A stretch of DNA of 64,000 bases. Source: a virus. Within the stretch, counting starts at the first letter, position 1. Every line of letters starts with the position of its first letter. The translations under genes and the position numbers were made by a program. Below are positions 8,203-17,183 of the stretch, one piece after another. The notes under the pieces are model-generated. The model did no database searches. It worked only from the letters and a program-made list of their open reading frames with translations, and was not told the DNA's origin. Location: the IMG/VR virus record IMGVR_UViG_3300008262_000040, one strand, 5' to 3'.

Positions 8203-10896
8203 TTATTCTATTACTCCTGGTCCTGTTATTGGTCCACTTAAATATAATGTTCCACCTATTTTTAAAGATCCGCTTACTACTATCGATCCACTATTTGAAA
8301 GATCTCCCAACACGTAATATTCAGCTTGATCATCTACAATAAATATACTTGACGTCTGTACTAATAGGTTAGAAGGATTGAAGATAGAGTCGTAGGTTGC
8401 TATACGATTCACCTTGCTTGGATAGGTTCTATTTCTCAAAAACGTAGCCATGTTGGGTACGTTTATAGTTCCATCACCATCTATTTGAGGGAAGCCGTAA
8501 GGCTGGTTTGCTTTGTCGTATGTTACTATTTTGGTGTTGGATAGAAGAGTACCTGGTCCTACTATAGTGCCTGCATTCAATACTGCTTCCCCAACAATTA
8601 AAGATCCGCTTATTATTATCGATCCGCTATTTGTTAGTGTTCCTAAAACAAAATATTCTGCACCTTGTTGAATTATTAAAGTATCACCGCTTTCAACTAT
8701 AAGATTATTGTGGTTGAAAATGTTTTGATTAGCGTATACTACGGAGACCGTATCTGTTACATTATTAACAAATATATTTGATCCACCGCCTCCTCCGTAC
8801 GGTAGTCCGTTTTGGTATATGCCTCCCGTAAAGTTAATATCACCCGATACGTCTAGCTCGTAGCTTGGATTGGGTTGGTTTATACCTACTTTACCATTTG
8901 CTGATCCTGAGTACGGGTTTGTTGTTATGTCTGAATAGGAACCTGTTGCGAATATTATTGCACCTAAATTAATAGAATCTGATCTATTTTCATCTAGGGT
9001 TATGTTTGTACCTATGATGATGTTATTAGGACCCGATCCTGATAGGTTAGTGTGGTCGTCTATTATAAAGTTGTAGTTGGCACCTGCTCTATATCCTATA
9101 AAAGTAGAATGTGATGCATAAGAAGCTATATAACCAGCGGCATTGCCAATAAAGTTAGCTTGATAAGCATTTGTTGCTTGATAACCAACACTCTGCCCTA
9201 AGAAGTTTGAGTATTGCGCATTCGTTGCTTCAAAACCAGCATATTGACCTATAAAATTTGAGTTTAGAGCATTTGTTGCTTGTCTACCAGCATAATAGCC
9301 TAAAAAGTTTGAGCTATAAGCATTTATTGCTTGAAAACCGGCAAATCGACCTAAGAAGTTTGAGGAGGCAGCATTTGTTGCTTGATAACCAGCACTCTGC
9401 CCTAAGAAGTTTGAGTAGGCAGCGTTTGTTCCATTAGTACCAGCACTATCACCTAAAAATATAGAGTTGTCTGTATTAAAATTAGTAGTCGAAGGATTCG
9501 TTGAATATAATGTTGATCCAGATGTTGCTATTACACCTCCACCTCCACCTCCGCTTCCTGTATTCACCGTTATAGGAAAAGTACTTCCGTCACCTTTTGT
9601 AAATGTTATTGTATTTAATGATACAGATGCTGTTGTAAGTAATGAGCCTGTATTTACTGTCCCTCCACCACCTCCTATAGCGCTTGAAGCTGTAAAGGAT
9701 ACTTGGCCAGTAGTAGTATCATAAGTTAATACGTTATTATTTCCACCTGATTGTACTGCTCCTGATACAAACAACGAGCCTGTTATTGTTAATCCGTTTG
9801 TGTAATTTCCGCTTCCGCTAACATCTAGATTATATCTAGGAGACACTATGTTGATACCTACACGTCCGTTTCCTACTGATCCCGAAAGAGGATCACCTGA
9901 TAATGTTGAGTAAGATCCAGTAGCAAATATTAATCCTCCTATGTTTATAGAGTTTACTGCTCCAATTGGTAGAGTTATGTTTGCACCAATAATGATATTA
10001 TTTGCTCCTATTCCGGGACCTATGCTAGGTTGGTATCCAGCTCTATAACCGAGTATAGTAGAGTATGATGCACTTGCTGCCTGAAAACCAGCGCCAGTAC
10101 CTAAAAAGTTTGAATTGTCAGCATTTGTAGCATAAAAACCAGAGAGGCTGCCTAAAAAGTTTGAGTTATTGGCATTTGTTGCTTGGTAACCAGCATTTAA
10201 TCCTAAAAAGTTAGAGCTTTGAGCATTCGTTGCTCCCAAACCAGCGAGGTAGCCTAAAAAGTTTGAATAATATGCATTTGTTGCTGCTTGACCAGCATAT
10301 CGACCTAAAAAGTTTGAGTTATTGGCATTTGTTGCTGCTTGACCAGCATACTCACCTAAAAAATTTGAGTTATTGGCATTTGTTGCTTGAAGGCCAGCGG
10401 CTTGACCTAAAAAGTTTGAATGGATAGCGTTTGTTGCTTGAAAGCCAGCACTCTGCCCTAAGAAGTTTGAGTAGCTAGCACTTGTTGCATTATGACCAGC
10501 ACTCTGCCCTAAAAAGTTTGAGAGAATGGCAGTTGTTGCTTGAAAGCCAGCATTGTGCCCTAAAAAGTTTGAGTAGCTAGCACTCGTTGCTTGAAAGCCA
10601 GCACTCTGCCCTAAAAAGTTTGAGTTCCTAGCATTTGGTGCTTGAAAGCCAGCATTCTGCCCTAAAAATATAGATTGAGTTGCGCTAAAGTTAGTGGTCG
10701 AAGGATTCGTTGAATATAATGTTGATCCTAAAACATCTATTGGACGAGTTGATGATATTGCAAAAGATGCACTAGTGCTAAATGATGCAGTACCGAACAG
10801 TGAACCGGTAATTCCCCCTGTAACACTTAAGGAGCCTGTAATTGTAGAGTTGTCTAGCGCAATCAGACCGTTGCGCGCTACGAATTCGTTTGCCAT
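8203..10896 (-). CDS. tail fibre protein with two blocks of 17-aa repeats
   Basis: About 13 + 8 SNFLGxxAG repeats; Gly-rich linkers; GRVGIN...P.Y.LDVSG fibre motifs. Confidence 0.75.
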   Translation of the reverse strand: MANEFVARNGLIALDNSTITGSLSVTGGITGSLFGTASFSTSASFAISSTRPIDVLGSTLYSTNPSTTNFSATQSIFLGQNAGFQAPNARNSNFLGQSAGFQATSASYSNFLGHNAGFQATTAILSNFLGQSAGHNATSASYSNFLGQSAGFQATNAIHSNFLGQAAGLQATNANNSNFLGEYAGQAATNANNSNFLGRYAGQAATNAYYSNFLGYLAGLGATNAQSSNFLGLNAGYQATNANNSNFLGSLSGFYATNADNSNFLGTGAGFQAASASYSTILGYRAGYQPSIGPGIGANNIIIGANITLPIGAVNSINIGGLIFATGSYSTLSGDPLSGSVGNGRVGINIVSPRYNLDVSGSGNYTNGLTITGSLFVSGAVQSGGNNNVLTYDTTTGQVSFTASSAIGGGGGTVNTGSLLTTASVSLNTITFTKGDGSTFPITVNTGSGGGGGGVIATSGSTLYSTNPSTTNFNTDNSIFLGDSAGTNGTNAAYSNFLGQSAGYQATNAASSNFLGRFAGFQAINAYSSNFLGYYAGRQATNALNSNFIGQYAGFEATNAQYSNFLGQSVGYQATNAYQANFIGNAAGYIASYASHSTFIGYRAGANYNFIIDDHTNLSGSGPNNIIIGTNITLDENRSDSINLGAIIFATGSYSDITTNPYSGSANGKVGINQPNPSYELDVSGDINFTGGIYQNGLPYGGGGGSNIFVNNVTDTVSVVYANQNIFNHNNLIVESGDTLIIQQGAEYFVLGTLTNSGSIIISGSLIVGEAVLNAGTIVGPGTLLSNTKIVTYDKANQPYGFPQIDGDGTINVPNMATFLRNRTYPSKVNRIATYDSIFNPSNLLVQTSSIFIVDDQAEYYVLGDLSNSGSIVVSGSLKIGGTLYLSGPITGPGVIE
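9085..9470 (-). repeat. 51-nt coding tandem repeat, block 2
   Basis: About 8 SNFLG/SNFIG units. Confidence 0.85.
10040..10675 (-). repeat. 51-nt coding tandem repeat, block 1
   Basis: About 13 SNFLG units; several share gcttgaaagccagcactctgccctaa. Confidence 0.9.
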
Positions 10897-10900
10897 GTTT

Positions 10901-10931
10901 CACTACCTCAGTTCACTGTCCCTGAGGTGCG
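10901..10931 (-). promoter_or_regulatory. 5' leader hairpin of the tail fibre gene
   Basis: Minus strand ACCUCAG-GGACAGUGAA-CUGAGGU, between the ATATTTAT motif (10938-10946) and the ATG at 10896. Confidence 0.6.
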
Positions 10932-10966
10932 GTTTGATATAAATATCGTGAATTTGTTTATTTTTA

Positions 10967-11698
10967 TTATAACCCGTATCTTCCTTTTAGTGCGTTGTAG
11001 TTTTGTGTTATTTCTGCTAGTGTAAGAATTCTATTATACACCATACAATTGAACTGTGTCATAGGTGCATCTATATTAAAGAAAGGCCTATACGATCCTA
11101 AAACATAATTTCCTGGCCCTTGAGACCAATTTGAGTCTATTGTATTATTACCCGCCTGTATAGCAGTCATTTCTGTTAGATTATAATACATTCTGGTAGT
11201 TTGTGTAGATCTATTAAAGGTAAGTGTGTACATGTAAGTTTGATTATTATTTAAAGGTGTTGTACCCCTATAATCGGTTGAATTGCCTACAACTGTTCCA
11301 CCTGCATAGAATCTCATTGTATTAGTCCATAATCCGGATTCTGTTCCTATTTCAAAGACGTAGCCAAAAGGAATACTTGTACTATATTTAGAAAAAATAG
11401 GACTTCTTGCTGATAGATTTCTGATGTTGGCAAATGATATTATCGTTATAGCGTCGCTTATGTTCGAAGCCAAACTGTTGCTCCCCACTACATGGTCGTT
11501 TATACCATCATATACAATACCTCCCCCTCCTATTGTAGTAAATGTAGGTCCGTTAGTTAAAGTTGCATTATATCTATTTCCGCTAATATCTCCCCATGTA
11601 GTGTCACTACCAGGATAAGAATCCTTTTTAGCAGCGTCTAGATTTAATACTAAACCTCTTGTTACTATACTACCATAATATGCTATTCTTCCTGCCAT
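10967..11698 (-). CDS. LamG / concanavalin A-like lectin domain virion protein
   Basis: IVTRGLVLNLDAA..SYPGS.TTW.DISG...YNRILT..EI.QNYNA.K.RYGL. Confidence 0.8.
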   Translation of the reverse strand: MAGRIAYYGSIVTRGLVLNLDAAKKDSYPGSDTTWGDISGNRYNATLTNGPTFTTIGGGGIVYDGINDHVVGSNSLASNISDAITIISFANIRNLSARSPIFSKYSTSIPFGYVFEIGTESGLWTNTMRFYAGGTVVGNSTDYRGTTPLNNNQTYMYTLTFNRSTQTTRMYYNLTEMTAIQAGNNTIDSNWSQGPGNYVLGSYRPFFNIDAPMTQFNCMVYNRILTLAEITQNYNALKGRYGL

Positions 11699-12393
11699 TA
11701 TAGTCCGAATCGGGTTTTGGTTGTGTTAAAATTTTGGAAAATCTCTCTAGCACTGAGAGTGCGGTTGTATACTTGATAGTTAGCGATTCTTCCTCTACCA
11801 AATGTTATATTTGATGCTGTATTTCCCATTATAGAAAAATTATTAACTGTTGAAAGTAGGTTTCCTGATAGGGATCCCCCTGTTGCTTGTAAAATTCCAT
11901 TTACATATAAAAATATTGTTTGTCCGCTGTATATTGCAGTTACATTAAACCACGTATTATTTTGTGCAAACGCTCCTATGTTCGTACCTGTCGTATACCA
12001 TGCGTTATTTGTTGTTGCAATAGCCCATTGAACAGAGTTAGAGGAGTAGATTAATCTATATGACAATTCTCTTCCAGTTATTGCACTAGCTATTATGCTA
12101 GTCCCATTAATATTAGAAGGGTCCATATTACACCATGTAGATATAGTTACTTGATTTGTTATAGTTGGGTTTGATATGAAACTTATACTGTCATTTGTTC
12201 CATCAAACACAATACTTCCACCATTAGCACTACTGAACGTAGGACCGTTTACTAGAGTGGCATTATTACCATTCCTAGTTAAATCACTCCACGTAGTACC
12301 TGTACCTGGATAGCTTTTTGTGTTGGATGCATCTAGGTATAAGACTAATCCGTCTGTTATTATATTAGGTCCTCCGCTTACTGTACTTACCAT
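11698..12393 (-). CDS. LamG / concanavalin A-like lectin domain virion protein
   Basis: IITDGLVLYLDA...FDGTND...LYVNG...YNRTLS..EI.QNFN. Confidence 0.8.
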   Translation of the reverse strand: MVSTVSGGPNIITDGLVLYLDASNTKSYPGTGTTWSDLTRNGNNATLVNGPTFSSANGGSIVFDGTNDSISFISNPTITNQVTISTWCNMDPSNINGTSIIASAITGRELSYRLIYSSNSVQWAIATTNNAWYTTGTNIGAFAQNNTWFNVTAIYSGQTIFLYVNGILQATGGSLSGNLLSTVNNFSIMGNTASNITFGRGRIANYQVYNRTLSAREIFQNFNTTKTRFGL

Positions 12394-12395
12394 AG

Positions 12396-13127
12396 TTATA
12401 CTCCGAATCGGGTTCTAGTTGCGTTAAAATTTTGTGCTATTTCTGCTACACTAAGTGAGCGATTATAATATCTGATGGTGTAGCAGCTTCCTCCGAAATA
12501 TCCGTACTCTGCACCTCCAACTGTTGATGCTCTCAAATACACAGCTGTTCTAGGACTCAACAATCCCTGTCTTGCAAACTGTGAATTTATGTATAAGGTT
12601 GGTCGTTTAGATGTATAAACTACTACTATATTTGTTGCTTGGGAGATGGTTGTTTGGTGTACTAATAATGGTGGCATGTATCCTCCGCTGTGTTCATAAA
12701 CACTAACTCCATTTGTACCTATGGAAACACCAGCTCCTGCATTAGGGGGATCTTCATAAAAGGCTCTACTTAAGTATTTTTGACCTCCTGTACCTCTTAT
12801 TCCTGTTGTTGATTCTGTATCTATCTCATGCGTTTGAGTCGGCAAACACCATAGGTCTATTGTAAAATTGTCAATAGCAAGAGGAGGTTGTGCATACAGA
12901 CTATTTAGATTACTAACAAACTGGCAAAGATCGTTGCTACCATCAAATATTATAGCTCCACCGTTAGCACTACTAAATGTAGGTCCGTTTACTAATGTTC
13001 CACTATAAGCTCCTCTACCTAAATCATTCCACGTAGTACCTGTACCTGGATAGCTCTTTATATTAGCAGCATCTAGATACAATATTAGCCCGCCAGTCAC
13101 TATTTTAGGAGAAAAATTAAATGCCAT
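12396..13127 (-). CDS. LamG / concanavalin A-like lectin domain virion protein
   Basis: Same conserved termini as its two neighbours, with a divergent core. Confidence 0.8.
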   Translation of the reverse strand: MAFNFSPKIVTGGLILYLDAANIKSYPGTGTTWNDLGRGAYSGTLVNGPTFSSANGGAIIFDGSNDLCQFVSNLNSLYAQPPLAIDNFTIDLWCLPTQTHEIDTESTTGIRGTGGQKYLSRAFYEDPPNAGAGVSIGTNGVSVYEHSGGYMPPLLVHQTTISQATNIVVVYTSKRPTLYINSQFARQGLLSPRTAVYLRASTVGGAEYGYFGGSCYTIRYYNRSLSVAEIAQNFNATRTRFGV

Positions 13128-13131
13128 AACA

Positions 13132-16100
13132 TTAAATTGATCTTATTATTGCTTTTATTGTCCAACCACTTCCTGTTGTTACGTTTCCTGTAACAGTTAA
13201 ATTACTACCTGATACTGATCCAGTAAACATCAGTCTTGATGTGTTTCCAAAATCAGTAGTAGAATTATCTGTAAAGTTAGCTAATGATCCTGACCATATA
13301 GCCATAAATTGACCCGCTCTTGCATTGGAGCCCGATTTTGCAGTGTATTCCATGAATATACCGTCGTATGATGATGTTGGTACTGCATATATTGTAAAGC
13401 TGCCACTGTTGGTTGTTGTTGTTCTAAATGTTGTGTTTAGTGATGGTGCTAGATAGTTACCCATTAATGTGGTGCTATCTGAGAATACTTCCATGATAGG
13501 AAGACCGCTTATGTCATTTACACTAAACAATGACCCTGATAAACTATCTACAATACTAAATAATTCGCCTTGTGAACCTTGTACTGTAAAGAGAGGTTGT
13601 GCTGATCCTGATCCTAGTATAGTTACTCTTTGTGTGCCTGAGCCTGATACTAGGAGAGTGGATGATGTTATAGCTGATGATACTGCTACGCTGCCTGTGA
13701 TATTTGCACCACCTGCTGATATTGTTAATGTGTTTTGTAGTCTTGTAGTGCCGTTTACATCTAATAAAAAGCCTCCATCAGTTATAGTTCCTATTCCTAC
13801 TCTTCCATTAGCAAAGAATCTCGATGTAGTAGTGCCTGCTATATCAAGCGGATTGCTACTAAGAGTTAATGTTCTAGCAGATGTAAGTGTTCCATTTGTG
13901 TTATATATGTTAGGAGCAAACGAAGCACTCACTGCATTTTGCACAAACGAGGCTGTACTAGCAAACGATGCACTTATTGCATTTAATACATAAGAGGCAC
14001 TTTGAGCGTTTTGAACAAACGAAGCAGTTGATGCAAATGAACTACTTACTGCGTTTAATATGTATGAAGATGTTGTAGCGTTGTTTGCCCAACTTGCTGT
14101 ACCTAATAAAGATCCTGTGATATTATTTGAGACAAATAATGATCCGGTAATCTGTGTATTACTATTTATCGATACTATACTTCCATTATCACTGATGTTA
14201 CTATCATTCAAATGCTCTATACCTGTACCTTTAGGTATTCTATTTTGAGTTAGGTAAGTTTCATTACCTACATTATTGTAGGTTTCTGGGCCTAGTAAAA
14301 ATACAGAGGAGGTGATGGGTGCAGATTGGTGTATAAATATGAATTGATCCTTTTCTGAATCAAATAGAAATGAACCTGAATGCTGCGGTGACGATCCAGA
14401 ATCTATTACTGCTAATCCTCCAAAACGAACAGATGGCGTAAATGTATTTACAGTGATTAGATTAGTACCTATGTTTAAGGTTGATTCTGATATGTACTGT
14501 ATTGAAGAGGAGCCTAATACAGTAAGATTATTTACTATTGTTAAAGATCCTGTAATGGTTTGATTGCCAACAAACACATTCGAACCTGTTGTTGCAAAAG
14601 TTGTACTATCTTTACCATCTAATAAGTCAGAATTTGAAGCATAGGATGCTGTTCCAAGTAATGAGCCTGTAAATGAAGTTGCTGATAATGAGCCCGTTAA
14701 TCCGTAAGAACCGGTTAACTGTTTTGAATTTATCCATAGAGATCCACTTCTAACCAATAGATCACCGTTACTCTCTGTTGTTGTTTTTACGTCGTGTAAT
14801 TCTGTTAACTCGAAGCCGTTTACTACGTTGATAAAAATAACGCCTGTAGTAGCATTGTTTACTATTACAACACCTAATCTAACTTCATGTAATGGAGCGT
14901 CAGGCGCTACGTTTGTAAATTGACCACTTGATGATAAAAATAATCTATCACCAACAGCAAAACCGTTTGTGTTTATATTTGTTATTAATCCACTTGTTAT
15001 AACATATCCGTGTCTATTACCCCCTGTTCCTGGTATTAATGTTGCTGCCAATCCTATTGTGCCTGCTGATGAGGGATCTATTTCCCAGCTAGCGGTAGCA
15101 ACAGTTGGTGTGTTTCCTTGAGCTCCATTTATATATACTACCTTACCCGCTTGTATATCTTCTCCTGTAGCATTATAAACCCTAACAACACTTTGATGTC
15201 CAACATCTATACTAAAATTATTTTTGTCTGTATCGATTTGAATAGTTTTAATATCATCATTCCAATGTATTCTACCTTCTAGATGCGGGTAACCATCTGT
15301 TGTTGTAAAATCAATGTAATCTACTGTTGATATAGATCCTGATACTGTTAAATTTTGTGCATATGATGCCGTTTGGGCGTATGAAGCGCTCAATGCTTGC
15401 AGAGCGTATGAACTACTTATAGCTTTTGATGAAGATATTGCATAAGATGCTGTTAAAGCGTACGAGGACGATAATGCATAAGAACTACTTATAGCGTTTT
15501 GGGCCCAACTAGCTGTCCCTGTAAATTGTCCTATAAATGAACCCGTAAATGATCCCGTGTTATATGATGATGTAAATGCGTTAAACGATGCAGTAGTCGT
15601 GTATCCACTTAAATCTATAACAGGAATATTCAATGCGTATGATGCGGTAATAGCATTTCTAGCCCAACTAGCAGTTCCAAATAAAGACCCGGTAATATTA
15701 GGTGCATTTAGTGAGCCGGTTACATTCAATCCATTTTTCATATCAACCTGTCCGGTTGACTGAACTGTCATTTGATTGCTCGAGCCAAATCGAGTAGAGC
15801 CATTTACATCGAGTCTAAAACCGCTATCTACAAACACACCTCCGTTTTGGAATAACCAGTTACCTGTTTCAAAACTTCTTGCTCTTGTAGTTCCTGCTCC
15901 AACTGATATAATTATGTTATCACTGAGTCCGGCAGGTAGGCCTGTCTGTGTACCTATTATTATGTTATTAGAACCGCTTAATATACCTCTACCAGCATTA
16001 TCTCCAATGTATATGTTTCGGCTTCCACTAATGTTATCTTGTCCAGCTTGATTACCTATACCTGTATTTCTACTTCCTATTACATTTCTCCACAAAGCAT

Positions 16101-16851
16101 CTAAACCAACAGCTGCATTTCGTGTACCTGTTGTTGTATCACCGAGTGCCCATCCTCCAAAAGCAGTATTATTAAAACCGGTTGTTAAATTTTGCAGTGC
16201 TCTAAATCCAAAAGCATCGTTTTGTACTCCAGCAAACCCCCCAGCTCCTACGCCTGTCCAATTATCCATGGCTTCTGCACCAAACCACGTTGATGTATGC
16301 CAACCACCTGCTTTAATTAACATTCTAGCTGATTGGTTGTCTCTGTTAGCAGCTTCAATTATAAGCTGTGGAAATTTTTCAGTCCCATTAGTATAAGATG
16401 ATGATAGTATAGAGCCTGAAGGTGCTACTGAAATGTATAAGCTATTACGAACTACTACACTGCCTGTATTATTAACATTATTTATTTCTAAATTTCTATA
16501 TGAACCGCTACCTATGTTTAATTGATAGTTGCTAATATCAACAGAACGATTACCTGTTAATATTCCATTGGTATTGTAAATATTAGGGGCGTATGATGCA
16601 CTTTGCGCCCAGCTAGCAGTTCCTTCTAAGGATCCAATAAAAGATCCAGTAAATGATCCTGAAAATGAACCTGAATTTGAACCTGAATTTGAACCTATTG
16701 GTACTACTGTAATTCCACTAGAACCTGACACCTTCATGTATGCCTTACCATCAAACGTATTGAGCGCTATCTCACCAAAATCAATAGATTCCGTTGTAGG
16801 GATTTTGCCTGGTACGTTACTGCGGCGCAGTTTAAGATACTGGTTTGACAT
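13132..16851 (-). CDS. long tail fibre / virion structural protein
   Basis: N-terminus LKLRRSNVPGKIPT...GEIALNTFDGK is typical of fibre attachment domains; Ser/Thr/Gly-rich TASYA and GSFTGS repeats; NTAFG/NAAVG repeats. Confidence 0.7.
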   Translation of the reverse strand: MSNQYLKLRRSNVPGKIPTTESIDFGEIALNTFDGKAYMKVSGSSGITVVPIGSNSGSNSGSFSGSFTGSFIGSLEGTASWAQSASYAPNIYNTNGILTGNRSVDISNYQLNIGSGSYRNLEINNVNNTGSVVVRNSLYISVAPSGSILSSSYTNGTEKFPQLIIEAANRDNQSARMLIKAGGWHTSTWFGAEAMDNWTGVGAGGFAGVQNDAFGFRALQNLTTGFNNTAFGGWALGDTTTGTRNAAVGLDALWRNVIGSRNTGIGNQAGQDNISGSRNIYIGDNAGRGILSGSNNIIIGTQTGLPAGLSDNIIISVGAGTTRARSFETGNWLFQNGGVFVDSGFRLDVNGSTRFGSSNQMTVQSTGQVDMKNGLNVTGSLNAPNITGSLFGTASWARNAITASYALNIPVIDLSGYTTTASFNAFTSSYNTGSFTGSFIGQFTGTASWAQNAISSSYALSSSYALTASYAISSSKAISSSYALQALSASYAQTASYAQNLTVSGSISTVDYIDFTTTDGYPHLEGRIHWNDDIKTIQIDTDKNNFSIDVGHQSVVRVYNATGEDIQAGKVVYINGAQGNTPTVATASWEIDPSSAGTIGLAATLIPGTGGNRHGYVITSGLITNINTNGFAVGDRLFLSSSGQFTNVAPDAPLHEVRLGVVIVNNATTGVIFINVVNGFELTELHDVKTTTESNGDLLVRSGSLWINSKQLTGSYGLTGSLSATSFTGSLLGTASYASNSDLLDGKDSTTFATTGSNVFVGNQTITGSLTIVNNLTVLGSSSIQYISESTLNIGTNLITVNTFTPSVRFGGLAVIDSGSSPQHSGSFLFDSEKDQFIFIHQSAPITSSVFLLGPETYNNVGNETYLTQNRIPKGTGIEHLNDSNISDNGSIVSINSNTQITGSLFVSNNITGSLLGTASWANNATTSSYILNAVSSSFASTASFVQNAQSASYVLNAISASFASTASFVQNAVSASFAPNIYNTNGTLTSARTLTLSSNPLDIAGTTTSRFFANGRVGIGTITDGGFLLDVNGTTRLQNTLTISAGGANITGSVAVSSAITSSTLLVSGSGTQRVTILGSGSAQPLFTVQGSQGELFSIVDSLSGSLFSVNDISGLPIMEVFSDSTTLMGNYLAPSLNTTFRTTTTNSGSFTIYAVPTSSYDGIFMEYTAKSGSNARAGQFMAIWSGSLANFTDNSTTDFGNTSRLMFTGSVSGSNLTVTGNVTTGSGWTIKAIIRSI

Positions 16852-16864
16852 GTGTCAATAGTGG

Positions 16865-16905
16865 ATTAGTATGTACTAATATTATGTTGGGTGACTATAT
16901 AGTCA
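16865..16905 (-). promoter_or_regulatory. twin palindromes in the leader of the long fibre gene
   Basis: ATTAGT-ATGT-ACTAAT (16865-16880) and TGACT-ATAT-AGTCA (16892-16905), immediately downstream of the ATATTTAT motif. Confidence 0.5.
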
Positions 16906-16920
16906 ATAATAAATATACAA

Positions 16921-17172
16921 TTAAATAGGAGAGGTTGGTACTAACCCTGCTGTATTTAAAGAATCATGCAAATCTATAATGTTTTGGGCATTTTGTTTTT
17001 GCCAGTCAACCCATTCTATTGAGTACCCATGTGTATCCAATTCTGTTTTAATGCTCTGATATTGTGATAAAAATGAATCAGCAAAGGTAGAATGACCTTG
17101 CATATAAGAAACTCCAAATTGTACTAATCTACCAAATTTGTAAATGTATTCGTCTGAATAAAAAGTTGCCAT
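16921..17172 (-). CDS. hypothetical protein (possible fibre assembly chaperone)
   Basis: 83-aa ORF directly downstream of a fibre gene. Function inferred from position only. Confidence 0.5.
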   Translation of the reverse strand: MATFYSDEYIYKFGRLVQFGVSYMQGHSTFADSFLSQYQSIKTELDTHGYSIEWVDWQKQNAQNIIDLHDSLNTAGLVPTSPI

Positions 17173-17183
17173 GTTGTATTATT

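Noticed and set aside
3300-10675. Regularly spaced repeats as a CRISPR array
   Set aside because: The 51-nt period is in frame inside long ORFs, the units are degenerate, and there are no unique spacers or cas genes.
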